This document shows, in pieces, positions 35,566 through 44,659 of a DNA stretch of 56,796 nt (positions are counted from its first letter, which is position 1; each line of letters opens with the position of its first letter). The stretch is from a virus (taxonomy: Duplodnaviria > Caudoviricetes). Location of the stretch: the IMG/VR virus record IMGVR_UViG_3300012940_000029, positions 1-56,796 of that record; one strand, 5' to 3'. The notes beneath the pieces were generated by a model. The model was not told the origin of the DNA, searched no databases, and worked only from the letters and a program-made list of their open reading frames with translations. Position numbers and translations under genes: made by a program.

Positions 35566-35754
35566 ATGATTCCTGGAAGCGTCCTGGAGCGTCCTGAGAC
35601 GGCCGCAGAGCGCTTGCCGCTCCCGATCGAGGCCGGGCCCTCCGGGGGCGACCCGAACGCCTGGTGCACGTCTACGTGCTCCACCAGCGGGTGCAGCAAC
35701 CAGTGCTCGGGCAACCGGGGGCACAGCGGAAGCCACGCCTGCTTCGAGCACTGA
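35566..35754 (+). CDS. Cys/His-rich small protein
   Basis: RBS GAAGGGAAG; CTSTCSTSGCSNQCSGNRGHSGSHACFEH. Confidence 0.65.
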   Translation: MIPGSVLERPETAAERLPLPIEAGPSGGDPNAWCTSTCSTSGCSNQCSGNRGHSGSHACFEH

Positions 35755-35836
35755 TCTGCTAATCTGCTCCCATGCACAAGCCGCGCATCCCTGGTAGCCC
35801 TCGCCGACCGTAGTGGTCGCGAGGGGTTTTCTGTAC

Positions 35837-35910
35837 CGGGATGTGGCCCAGTTTGGTAGGGCGGCGGCTTCGGGAGCCGATGGTCGCAGGTTCGAATCCT
35901 GCCATCCCGA
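35837..35910 (+). tRNA. trnP: tRNA-Pro (CGG)
   Basis: C1-G72, A73; loop TTCGGGA. Confidence 0.93.
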
Positions 35911-35913
35911 CAC

Positions 35914-36000
35914 GCCGGGCGTAGCTCAGTCAGGAAGAGCACGGGGCAGTGTGCGCACGCTGGATCCCCGGGGTCGCGGGTTCGAGCCCCGCCGCCTGGC
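35914..36000 (+). ncRNA. tRNA-like RNA with anticodon loop replaced by a 19-nt extended hairpin
   Basis: Canonical acceptor, D (TAGCTCAGTCAGGAAGAGC) and T arms; CGGGG/CCCCG stem encloses CAGTGTGCGCACGCTGGAT. Confidence 0.7.
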
Positions 36001-36007
36001 CCTGATG

Positions 36008-36043
36008 AGGCCCGTTCCCTTGATTCATGGGGAACGGGCCTTT
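36008..36043. terminator. Terminator
   Basis: AGGCCCGTTCCC/GGGAACGGGCCT followed by TT. Confidence 0.7.
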
Positions 36044-36228
36044 ATCATTGTCCGGCGACTTCTTATGAAGGGCTGGGTGGAGCGGAGGTGCGCAACACAA
36101 TCCGCTCCGATCTGTACTGACGAACGCCGGGCCCCAAAACCGTAGATCGGTGGCGGGGTCCGGCGTTACGATGCGACCATGATGGCGGCGTCATTTAATG
36201 AGGTCGGCGTCTAAGGAATAAAAAATCT

Positions 36229-36303
36229 GGTCTCGTGGAGCAGCCGGGAGTGCTCGCCACCCTGTCAAGGTGGAGGCCGAGGGTTCGAATCCCTTCGAGA
36301 CCG
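36229..36303 (+). tRNA. trnD: tRNA-Asp (GTC)
   Basis: Full cloverleaf; loop CTGTCAA. Confidence 0.94.
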
Positions 36304-36304
36304 C

Positions 36305-36378
36305 AGCGGGGTAGGACAGTTCGGTAGTCCGCCGGGCTCATAATCCGGAGATCGCGGGTTCGAATCCCGCCCCCGCCA
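36305..36378 (+). tRNA. trnM: tRNA-Met (CAT), initiator-like
   Basis: 1:72 mismatch; GGG in anticodon stem; loop CTCATAA. Confidence 0.92.
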
Positions 36379-36502
36379 CAAGGGCCCTCCCCGGGTCGGT
36401 GCTCACACCCGGGGAGGGCTCAGCCATGTGTTCGGTGCCCGCTCGATCGGGCATGGCCCTCCCAGGCCCTCAGATCCCCCTGAGCGGCCCGGAGGGAGAG
36501 AC

Positions 36503-36613
36503 ATGCTCGCAACACTGCTGCACCGGCTCCGCAGGCTCCTGTGGGGCGCTGGAGGACGGAGAGGGACGCTCCCGCCCGACGACCGGGTCCGACCGCGCCG
36601 CCGGGTGCTGTAG
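36503..36613 (+). CDS. Small basic peptide (36 aa)
   Basis: RBS GGAGGGAG. Confidence 0.4.
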   Translation: MLATLLHRLRRLLWGAGGRRGTLPPDDRVRPRRRVL

Positions 36614-36656
36614 ACGCCGCGCGCCGACCTCCTGAAGGGGCGAGAGGAGGTCGGCG

Positions 36657-37604
36657 ATGGCGCACCGGGTCCAGCCCTACTACATCCGCGAGCCCCAGCC
36701 GTGGGCGATCGAACAGGAGCGGCGCAGGCACAACCAGGCGCTGTGGTACTTCGGTGAGCCCGCGATGTTCGCGCTGATGTGGCACCTGGAGGACCACCAG
36801 AAGGGCCTGGTGGGGCGCTGCCCGACCTGCTACGAGGCCCAGGGGCAGATCGCCGAGGTCTACGGCCAGGCCAGCCACGCCAAGTGCCTGGACTGCTTCG
36901 GCACCAGCTTCGAGGGCGGCTTCAAGGCGCTGATCGTGCGGCCCGCGATCTTCAGCGACTCCGACGACAACGAGACCAAGCACTCACGCGGCGTGGTCAC
37001 CCCGCAGGACCTGACGATCGAGTCCACCCCCGACTTCCGCGTCCGCACCGGTGACTTCGCGCTGCGCATCAACGGCGACCGGTTCTTCCTGCGCGTCCCC
37101 GAACGGGTCACCCTGCGCACCGGCTTCGCCCCGCCGACTCAGACCGACACCGCGATCGGCTACAACCACGCCAACGCCGTGCAGGAGGACCCCACTTCGG
37201 CGGCCTACCTGATCCCCCCGGCGAACGACGAGCTGGCGGTCATCCTGGGTCACATCTCGCGGATCCCCCGGGACTGGGGCACCTTCGAGATCATCCGCGC
37301 CCCGCTCATCCCGGAGGAGGAGACCCCGGCCTCGCTGAGATGGTTCCCGTCCACCAACACCAGGGGAGACAACGTGCCCGGTCCTCCCGGCCCGCCCGGC
37401 ACCAGCGGCGGGTCCTTCACCCACGCGCAGATGACACCGGCCCTGGTGTGGATGATCACCCACGACCTGGACTACCGGCCTGCGGGCGTCATCACGGTGG
37501 ACTCGGCCGGGAGCGAGGTCGAGGGAGCCGTCTCCTACCCGGCCGACAACATCGTCCGCATCGACTTCGCAGTGCCCTTCTCCGGCACCGCCTACCTGAG
37601 CTGA
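36657..37604 (+). CDS. Neck/head-closure protein with fused C-terminal beta domain
   Basis: CPTC..CLDC Zn motifs; GPPGPPG linker; late promoter at 36608-36643. Confidence 0.6.
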   Translation: MAHRVQPYYIREPQPWAIEQERRRHNQALWYFGEPAMFALMWHLEDHQKGLVGRCPTCYEAQGQIAEVYGQASHAKCLDCFGTSFEGGFKALIVRPAIFSDSDDNETKHSRGVVTPQDLTIESTPDFRVRTGDFALRINGDRFFLRVPERVTLRTGFAPPTQTDTAIGYNHANAVQEDPTSAAYLIPPANDELAVILGHISRIPRDWGTFEIIRAPLIPEEETPASLRWFPSTNTRGDNVPGPPGPPGTSGGSFTHAQMTPALVWMITHDLDYRPAGVITVDSAGSEVEGAVSYPADNIVRIDFAVPFSGTAYLS

Positions 37605-37617
37605 GGAGCAACGCGCC

Positions 37618-38556
37618 GTGGCCAAGAAATTCCTTGTCCCGATCGACCTGAACCAGCAGGAGATCCAGAACGCGGTCATCCAGCTCCTGGGGTCGGACCC
37701 GGGCACGCCGGTCAACGGCCAGGTGTGGATCAACTCCACGACCTGGCACCTGAAGATCCGCCTCAACGACACCACGGTCACCCTCGGCAGGCTCGACCAG
37801 ATCTCCGCGCCGACCGCCAATGTGGCCTTCGGCGGCAACCGGATCACCAACCTGGCCGACGGCATCGCCAGCACTGACGCCGCCACGGTCGGTCAGCTCA
37901 GCGCACTCCAGACCGGAATGACCTGGAAGGAACCGGTGCGCGCGGCCACCACCGCGCCCGGCACGCTGGCCAGCTCGTTCGAGAACGGCGACACCATCGA
38001 CGGCATCACGCTGGCCACCGGCGACCGGATCCTGATCAAGGACCAGGCCGACGCCAGCCAGAACGGCATCTACGTCGTCAACGCCACCGGCGGGCCGACC
38101 CGGGCGACCGACGCCGACACCTCCGCCGAGGTGCCCCCGGCCATGGTGGTCGCGGTGGAGGAGGGCGACACCCACGCCGACACCCTGTGGATCCTCACCA
38201 CCAACGGCCCCATCGACCTGGGCACCACCAACCTGACGTTCGCCAAGATCCCGATCAGCGTGGCCAGCTACGAGGCCGGGACCGGGCTCACCGAGAGCCC
38301 GGCGGGCACCTTCAACATCGACACCTCGGTGGTGGTGCGCAAGACCGCGCCGACCACCATCGGGGACGGCTCGACCACCCAGTTCGACATCGCGCACAAC
38401 TTCGGCACCCGGGCCGCCCAGGTGGTCGTGTGGCGCAACACCTCCCCCTGGGAGGAGGTCGAGGTCGAGGTGCAGCGGCCCGACCCCGACACCATCCGGC
38501 TGATCTTCGCCAACGCGCCCACCTCGGCGCAGTTCCAGGCGATGGTGTGGGCCTGA
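37618..38556 (+). CDS. Minor tail/fibre protein
   Basis: RITNLADG..DAAT; WKEPVRAATT; GDRILIKDQ..QNGIY motifs of phage fibre proteins. Confidence 0.7.
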   Translation: MAKKFLVPIDLNQQEIQNAVIQLLGSDPGTPVNGQVWINSTTWHLKIRLNDTTVTLGRLDQISAPTANVAFGGNRITNLADGIASTDAATVGQLSALQTGMTWKEPVRAATTAPGTLASSFENGDTIDGITLATGDRILIKDQADASQNGIYVVNATGGPTRATDADTSAEVPPAMVVAVEEGDTHADTLWILTTNGPIDLGTTNLTFAKIPISVASYEAGTGLTESPAGTFNIDTSVVVRKTAPTTIGDGSTTQFDIAHNFGTRAAQVVVWRNTSPWEEVEVEVQRPDPDTIRLIFANAPTSAQFQAMVWA

Positions 38557-38557
38557 G

Positions 38558-39049
38558 ATGGGCAAGGTCTTCCTGACGCCGCTGGTGCTGGCGCAGCAGG
38601 CCACCCCCGCCGCGCCCGGCGCGGGGTACCTGGCCCTCTACGCCAAGGCCGACGGGCAGGTCTACGTCCGGGGGTCTTCGGGCGGTGAGCGCTCGCTGGG
38701 GTCGGGGATCGTTTTCCCGTTCTCCTACACCGGGACGCTCACCGCGATGACCGGCGTGCACCGGATCTATAACGACACCGGGCTGACCCTGCCGATCCGG
38801 TCGGTGCGGGCCTCGGTGGGCACCGCCCCCACCGGTGCGGCCGTCATCTGCGACGTGCTGGTGGACGGGACGACGATCTTCTCCGGCGGGGCGGGCCGCC
38901 CGCAGATCGCCGTCTCCACCAACACCAACAAGACCGTTGGCATGTCTACCACCGAGATCGCCGACGGCAGTTACTTCACCGTAGACATCGACCAGGTGGG
39001 GTCGACTGTTCCCGGAGCCGACCTCACCGTCCAGATCCTGTGCGGGTAG
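38558..39049 (+). CDS. Minor structural protein
   Basis: Beta-rich; VGTAPTG..VDIDQVGST motif. Confidence 0.65.
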   Translation: MGKVFLTPLVLAQQATPAAPGAGYLALYAKADGQVYVRGSSGGERSLGSGIVFPFSYTGTLTAMTGVHRIYNDTGLTLPIRSVRASVGTAPTGAAVICDVLVDGTTIFSGGAGRPQIAVSTNTNKTVGMSTTEIADGSYFTVDIDQVGSTVPGADLTVQILCG

Positions 39050-39055
39050 GCCGAC

Positions 39056-39742
39056 ATGCGCATCTTCTACGTGGGAGGGGACGACGGCACTGGAAACTAC
39101 GGCGACCTGTCCCATAACGCCAATCCCAACCCGGTCATCTGGCCCGCCGGGATCCGGCCGGGGGACTTCGCCCTGGTCGCGTGGGCATTCTCGGCCACAG
39201 TGGGATCGACCGACCCGTCCGGCTTCGATCAGCTCGACGCCGCGACCAACGGCAGCCAGCAGGCCAAGCTGCTGGGCCGGGTGTGCGACGGATCCGAGAA
39301 CGGCGTGATCCCTTTCGTCAATACCGAGCTGAACAAGCAGGCCGTCACGCTCGGGATCTACCGAGGGACGCACAAGGTCGCCCCGGTGCTGAGCGCCGAC
39401 ATCACCTTGGCGCTGGAGGACTCTCCGGGCACCACCCACACTGCGCCGAGCGAGACGCTGAACGTCGCCGACTGCGGCGTGGTCACCGTGATGACCGAGC
39501 GGGGTTCCCCGGTGACGCAGGGTTTCACCGTCCCCAGTGGCTATGTCAAGCGCCTGGAGGCGGTCAACACCGGCAGCGGGGCGACCATCGTGACTTTGGC
39601 CGACGACGGCCTGACGACCGGCCGCCCGCCCGGGGCCGTGGTCAGCCCCGGCACCTGGACGGGGGACTCCTCCCAGAACAACATCATGTGGACGGTGCTG
39701 CTGCGCCCGCGCCAGTACGAGGGATGGGGAGTGGATCTATGA
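39056..39742 (+). CDS. Minor structural protein
   Basis: Thr/Gly-rich ORF within the operon. Confidence 0.65.
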   Translation: MRIFYVGGDDGTGNYGDLSHNANPNPVIWPAGIRPGDFALVAWAFSATVGSTDPSGFDQLDAATNGSQQAKLLGRVCDGSENGVIPFVNTELNKQAVTLGIYRGTHKVAPVLSADITLALEDSPGTTHTAPSETLNVADCGVVTVMTERGSPVTQGFTVPSGYVKRLEAVNTGSGATIVTLADDGLTTGRPPGAVVSPGTWTGDSSQNNIMWTVLLRPRQYEGWGVDL

Positions 39743-40383
39743 CCCTGCTGTGGACGCGGGCGGTGCGCCACCACGCGATGCCGTGGAACCAGCATCCCGA
39801 CGAGCCGCCCTACACCCCCATCTCGGTTCGGCACGCGGGCTTCGCCGGGTTCGTCGGGGCCGGGGACGACGAGCACCTCAGGGAGATGGCGCTGCCGGAG
39901 CCGACCCGCTCGGACATGCGCTACCTGATGCACAACGAGGACTGGCCGGAGGGCTACAAGAGGCGGCACCAGGAGGCCGTCGAGAAGCTCAAGGCGGGCC
40001 TCACCCATGAGGACATCCCCGACATCGAGGATCCCCGGCTGCACCACTTCCTGCGCCACCACTTCAACGAGCACTGGCTGTGGAAGCCCGGCACGGTCGA
40101 CCTCACCAAACCGCTGTACGCCACCCAGAGCCATGTGGCCAAGGAGCACCTGGATCGCTATCGCAAGAATCCCGGGGCCCCGGTGCACAACGCCGAGTAC
40201 CGCAGTGTGGACGCCGAGGCCCCCATGATCGTCACCCATGAGGGCCGCCAGCACGCCATCGAGGGGCATCACCGGCTGGCCGCCGGGATCGAGCGCGGGG
40301 AGACCCAGATGCCGGTCTGGCACTTCGACCTGGACAACCACTACATGCCCTCCTACGACGGCCGAGACGAAGACGACCGATGA
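39739..40383 (+). CDS. His-rich ParB/Srx-like protein
   Basis: ATG 39739 overlapping the upstream stop; PMIVTHEGRQHAIEGHHRLAA. Confidence 0.75.
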   Translation: MTLLWTRAVRHHAMPWNQHPDEPPYTPISVRHAGFAGFVGAGDDEHLREMALPEPTRSDMRYLMHNEDWPEGYKRRHQEAVEKLKAGLTHEDIPDIEDPRLHHFLRHHFNEHWLWKPGTVDLTKPLYATQSHVAKEHLDRYRKNPGAPVHNAEYRSVDAEAPMIVTHEGRQHAIEGHHRLAAGIERGETQMPVWHFDLDNHYMPSYDGRDEDDR

Positions 40384-40449
40384 GCCTCCTGCGGACGCAG
40401 GCGGTGCGGCACGAGGCGAGGATGACCATGAGCATTACGGGAGCGGCTG

Positions 40450-41157
40450 ATGGTCGCCTCGCTCACTGAGACCGCCGAGATGAGCTTGTCCGCCCGCCCC
40501 GACCGGCTCATCGTGGTGATCCCGGACATGCGCCCCGGGCAGGCCCGCCGGATCGCCCTGGACGCGGTCCGGATCGCCCGGCGCAACTCCCCCAAGCTGA
40601 CCGGCGGCAGCGCCCGGCGGATGCAGCCGCTGTACGGCCGGGGGTACTGCGGGATCTTCTTCGGCAACACTCCGCTGTGGTTCCAGGAGCACGGCATCAG
40701 GTCGTTCACCATGAACAGCCTCCAGGGCAAGACGATCCCGATGTGGATCGACGACCCCACCGGCCAAGAGCGGGCGCGCAATCCCAAGGCCAAGACCCGG
40801 CGCACCGAGTCCGGCAAGATCCAGGTGCTGATCTTCCGGAAGGCCGCGATGAAGGGCCAGCGCAAGACGGTCCGGCGGCGCAACCGGGCCACCGGGCAGA
40901 TCGAAAGCGTCTCGGTACCGATGAGCTACCCCGGTGCCCCGGGGCGGATCGGGCTGCGCGAGGCGGCCAGTCCTCGCACCCGGCCCGGCAAGCTCGGCGG
41001 CCAGATCGCCCGGGGCAACGTGGGCGTGCGCTGGCGGCATCCGGGCATCGCGTCGCGCCGGTTCATGAATAATGCGCTCACCATCGCGCTGGGGGCCCAG
41101 GGCATTCTCCCGACCCGGATCTACGCGGCCGACGCGAAATGGAGGGCGCGTTTCTGA
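40450..41157 (+). CDS. Tail completion/neck protein (basic)
   Basis: WRHPGIASRRFM C-terminal motif; position before the tail genes. Confidence 0.55.
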   Translation: MVASLTETAEMSLSARPDRLIVVIPDMRPGQARRIALDAVRIARRNSPKLTGGSARRMQPLYGRGYCGIFFGNTPLWFQEHGIRSFTMNSLQGKTIPMWIDDPTGQERARNPKAKTRRTESGKIQVLIFRKAAMKGQRKTVRRRNRATGQIESVSVPMSYPGAPGRIGLREAASPRTRPGKLGGQIARGNVGVRWRHPGIASRRFMNNALTIALGAQGILPTRIYAADAKWRARF

Positions 41158-41807
41158 TGAGCTACCGCACGAAATTGAAGACCGGTCTGGTCACTGCGCT
41201 GAAGAAGACCTTCGATTCGGGCTATCCGGTGGAGCGGGTCCGTGACATTCACGTCTCGATCGAATACCCGGTCAAGCCCCAGCACTACCCGGGGATCTGG
41301 GTCCGCTTCGACGAGGGCACCCTCCAGAACGCCGGGATCGACCACACCGAGACCGATGAGGACGGCAACCTGGTGCTGCGCTGGCGGTACGAGGGTCACG
41401 CCAGCTACACCATCGCCTCGCTGACCTCGCTGGAACTCGACACGATCTACGACGAGCTGATCAAGGTGATGGCGTTCGGCCGGTCCTCGGAGTCGCTGGG
41501 CGCGTTCCGCGAGTTCGTGGAGAACAACGACTTCATCGCGATGAACTTCAACTTCGACGAGATCGAGGTCACCGGGAACGACGCCGCGCCGGGCACCCCG
41601 TGGGGCAGCGACGAGATCATCTATGAGTCCACCGTGACCATGGAGGTGATCGGCGAGTTCGTCACCGACATCGACACCGGGAACCTGGTGCCGCTGAGCA
41701 AGATCGTGATCGACGGCCGGATCGCCCCCTCCACCGAGCAGAACCCCGATGGCCCGCTGCACTGGGAGATCCCCCCGGAGGGGCTCGGGACCGGCGCGTG
41801 GCACTGA
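41157..41807 (+). CDS. Tail terminator-like protein
   Basis: EYPVKPQHYPGIWV; directly upstream of the sheath. Confidence 0.55.
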   Translation: MSYRTKLKTGLVTALKKTFDSGYPVERVRDIHVSIEYPVKPQHYPGIWVRFDEGTLQNAGIDHTETDEDGNLVLRWRYEGHASYTIASLTSLELDTIYDELIKVMAFGRSSESLGAFREFVENNDFIAMNFNFDEIEVTGNDAAPGTPWGSDEIIYESTVTMEVIGEFVTDIDTGNLVPLSKIVIDGRIAPSTEQNPDGPLHWEIPPEGLGTGAWH

Positions 41808-41904
41808 GGTCGCTGTCCCCCCTCCGATGAGCGCCCCGAAGGGCTGAGCAGGGAATGCCTGCCGGTCCGTCAGTGCGTCCGTCGGAGGGGGGTGCGGAGT
41901 GGCG

Positions 41905-42510
41905 CTACGAGGCGGCTTGACGACGCGCAGCCTTACGAGCTTCGTATCGAGCCTTGTCTTTGGCACGACGGCAGGTTCGGCACTTGCGCCAGCCGTTCTC
42001 CCAGATCGTGTTCTCCGGCGTGTACTCATGCCCATGGATGCAGTGCGTCTTCCTCGCGTTCACAGCCGCGAAGCCAGTGCCACGGAGGATGTTGTCCCGC
42101 CGGGTGACGGGTTCCAGATGATCGGGGATGTCAGGGTCGGAGGAGGCTCTGACGCACAGCGGGTTCCCGCAAAGATGATCGATGTGGAGACCCGCCCCGA
42201 TGGGACCGTGTGCCCAAATCCATGCAGCACGATGCGCGTAACCCGAGGTTCCCTCGGGGGCTCCCTTGTGACGGAACTGGCCGTAACCGGAGTGGAAGGT
42301 CGAGGCCGTCCACTCCCAGCAAGGCCCAAGCTCAGGACGCTTGGGAGGTATGGGTCCGTCCTTGGACACCTTCTCCCAGAAAGCCTCCTGCGCGGTAGGC
42401 CGGGGCGCGAGATCGTACGATCCGGTGCGACGTTTCCGCTGATAGTGCATCGAACAGACCGGCAAGTTTCCGTATCTATCCCGGGCGCAACCGGGAAGGG
42501 TGCAACTCAT
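41905..42510 (-). CDS. Free-standing HNH homing endonuclease
   Basis: CWEW..GYG..AHRAAW..IDHLCGNPLCV..DHL; KTHCIHGHEYTPENT..RKCRTC; extended -10 TGTATATT 7 nt before ATG. Confidence 0.9.
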   Translation of the reverse strand: MSCTLPGCARDRYGNLPVCSMHYQRKRRTGSYDLAPRPTAQEAFWEKVSKDGPIPPKRPELGPCWEWTASTFHSGYGQFRHKGAPEGTSGYAHRAAWIWAHGPIGAGLHIDHLCGNPLCVRASSDPDIPDHLEPVTRRDNILRGTGFAAVNARKTHCIHGHEYTPENTIWENGWRKCRTCRRAKDKARYEARKAARRQAAS

Positions 42511-42575
42511 GCTGAGCAATATACACCCAGGGCGGGTGTAGTTGATGTTCTGGATTCCACCTCTGGGAGGATGTA

Positions 42576-44099
42576 ATGCCTGACTTTACCCGGTATCTTC
42601 CCCCGGGTGTGTACGTCGAGGACAGCAGCGACCCGATCGTCACATCGACTGGCCTGCCGCCGTCGGTGGTGGCCATCATCGGGCCCGCGCTCGGCTACCA
42701 GACGGCCACCGAGACGCTCCAGATCCACTCCTCCACCGGCACGGTGCTGGCCAACCAGGGCATCTTCGTCACGGCGGTCACCGGCCCCCCGGCCATCGCC
42801 GCCCCGGTGGTCCGCAAGCTCGACGGCACCCTGCTGAGCGAGGGCATCGACTACACCTTCACGGTGGACTCCAGCGGGACCGGCGGTTCGCAGGGCTCGG
42901 TGACCACGATCCAGCGGATCTCCAACTCCCCCAACGTCGATGACGGCGACACCGTCACCATCGCTTACGCCTACGCCGACACCGGCTACTACCAGCCGCA
43001 GCAGCACACCGACTACGACACCGTGCTGAGCATGTACGGGCTGCCGATGGTGACGGTGGCCCCGGCCAACCCGAACGCCTCCCAGGTGGCCTCGCCGCTC
43101 AGCCTCGCCGCGAAGGTGGCGATCGAGAACGGGGCGGCCACCGTCCTGACGGTGGCGACCAACCCCTCCGACGGCGACCTGCGGTCCCAGCTCCAGAAGG
43201 CGTACGCCAAGATCGCCACGAACTACTCGGCCACCCTGGTGTGCCCGGTGCTGCCCGACGACCTGGTGGTCTCCTCGGGCACCGTGGCGGCCTTCGTGCA
43301 GCAGCTCGCGCAGGACCTGCGCAGCCACGTAGAGAACGCCTCGAACGCCGGGTACGCGCGCATCGGCTTCTTCGGCACCCCGCGCAACTACTCCGAGACC
43401 GACCTGTCCCAGGAGGCGCTGGCGGGCTCGATCAACTCCCGGCGGGTGGTGCTGGTCTACCCGCACAACCTGCTGATGTTCAACAGCGCCACCAACCAGA
43501 TGGCGGAGGTCTCGGGGTCCTACCTGGCGGCGGCGGCGGTCGCCCGGTTGTCGGCGCTGCCCACCGCGCAGGGCCTCACCAAGCAGGCGGTCAGCTCCTT
43601 CCAGGGCCTGCCGGACGTCATCAGGCAGACGATGACCAAGGCGTACAAGGATCTGCTCTCGGGCTCGGGCGTCGCGGTCGCCGAGATCGACCGGCTCAAC
43701 CGGTTGAGCATCCGGCACGGCGTGTCCACCGACATGAGCGCGCTGAACACCCGCGAGATCTCGATGACCCGGGTCGCCGACACCCTGTACGCGCTGGTGC
43801 AGCTCGGGATGGAGGCCGCCGATCTGATCGGTCAGCCGATCGACGCGGAGATGACCAGCCGGGTGAAGGCCGCGCTGACCTCGATCCTGGAGCAGGCCAA
43901 GCTCTCGGAGGTCATCGTGGACTACATCGATCTGAAGGTGCGCCAGCAGGTCCCGCCGTCCGGCGATCCCTCGGTCATCGAGTGCAAGTTCGCCTACCGG
44001 CCCGCCGTGCCCCTCAACTACATCGTCGTGCAATTCCAGCTCAATCTCACCACCGGTGAGGTGAATGACAGCCCGACCGACATTCCGCTTACGGCCTGA
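42576..44099 (+). CDS. Tail sheath protein
   Basis: YLPPGVYVE N-terminus; PAVPLNYIVVQF C-terminus. Confidence 0.92.
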   Translation: MPDFTRYLPPGVYVEDSSDPIVTSTGLPPSVVAIIGPALGYQTATETLQIHSSTGTVLANQGIFVTAVTGPPAIAAPVVRKLDGTLLSEGIDYTFTVDSSGTGGSQGSVTTIQRISNSPNVDDGDTVTIAYAYADTGYYQPQQHTDYDTVLSMYGLPMVTVAPANPNASQVASPLSLAAKVAIENGAATVLTVATNPSDGDLRSQLQKAYAKIATNYSATLVCPVLPDDLVVSSGTVAAFVQQLAQDLRSHVENASNAGYARIGFFGTPRNYSETDLSQEALAGSINSRRVVLVYPHNLLMFNSATNQMAEVSGSYLAAAAVARLSALPTAQGLTKQAVSSFQGLPDVIRQTMTKAYKDLLSGSGVAVAEIDRLNRLSIRHGVSTDMSALNTREISMTRVADTLYALVQLGMEAADLIGQPIDAEMTSRVKAALTSILEQAKLSEVIVDYIDLKVRQQVPPSGDPSVIECKFAYRPAVPLNYIVVQFQLNLTTGEVNDSPTDIPLTA

Positions 44100-44130
44100 T
44101 CGGGGCTCGGAAAGGATCTAGGGAGACAAG

Positions 44131-44631
44131 ATGCCTCAGACCAAGGTTAGGGTAGTCGGTAGCGGCTTTACGACCTTCGCCTACAACAATCGGCCCATTG
44201 CTTTCGGGGAGGGCGTGGAGGATTCCGGCCAGCGGGCCTTCTCCGACCTGGGGCAGCCATTTCAGTTCATTCACCCGCTGGGTGCCCGGCACCCGGTGGA
44301 GATCGCCACGTCCCGGGTGCTCCAGGGCGGCACGCTGGTGCTGACGATCCGTGAGCTGTGGAACGGCCCGGTCTGGCAGCAGCTCGCCGGGCTCGCGCGC
44401 TCCAACAACATCGTCGACATTTACGAGGCGCTGGCGCGGGACCCCAGCTACGTCACCTGCACCATGATCATCAAGCCCCCGGGGACCGAGGGCAATCCGG
44501 GCGCGTGGCGTGGGAAGATCTTCCACAACTGCGTTGTCGTGGACATCAACGACGGCGACACGGTCACGGTGGGCTCGCTGGCGGTGACCAAGGGCATCAC
44601 GGTGGCCTATACCCACACCTCCCCGCTCTGA
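44131..44631 (+). CDS. Tail tube protein
   Basis: 166 aa directly after the sheath; GGTLVLTIRELWNG..FHNC. Confidence 0.8.
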   Translation: MPQTKVRVVGSGFTTFAYNNRPIAFGEGVEDSGQRAFSDLGQPFQFIHPLGARHPVEIATSRVLQGGTLVLTIRELWNGPVWQQLAGLARSNNIVDIYEALARDPSYVTCTMIIKPPGTEGNPGAWRGKIFHNCVVVDINDGDTVTVGSLAVTKGITVAYTHTSPL

Positions 44632-44659
44632 CCTACGACGATCCTGGAGGGCCCCGTCA

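Noticed and set aside
36002-36045. CTGATGAG followed by a stem
   Set aside because: The stem is a terminator followed by TTTA, not GAAA
39181-39738. Upstream extension of the ParB-like ORF
   Set aside because: Overlaps gene 39056-39742; ATG 39739 with stop overlap is the better start
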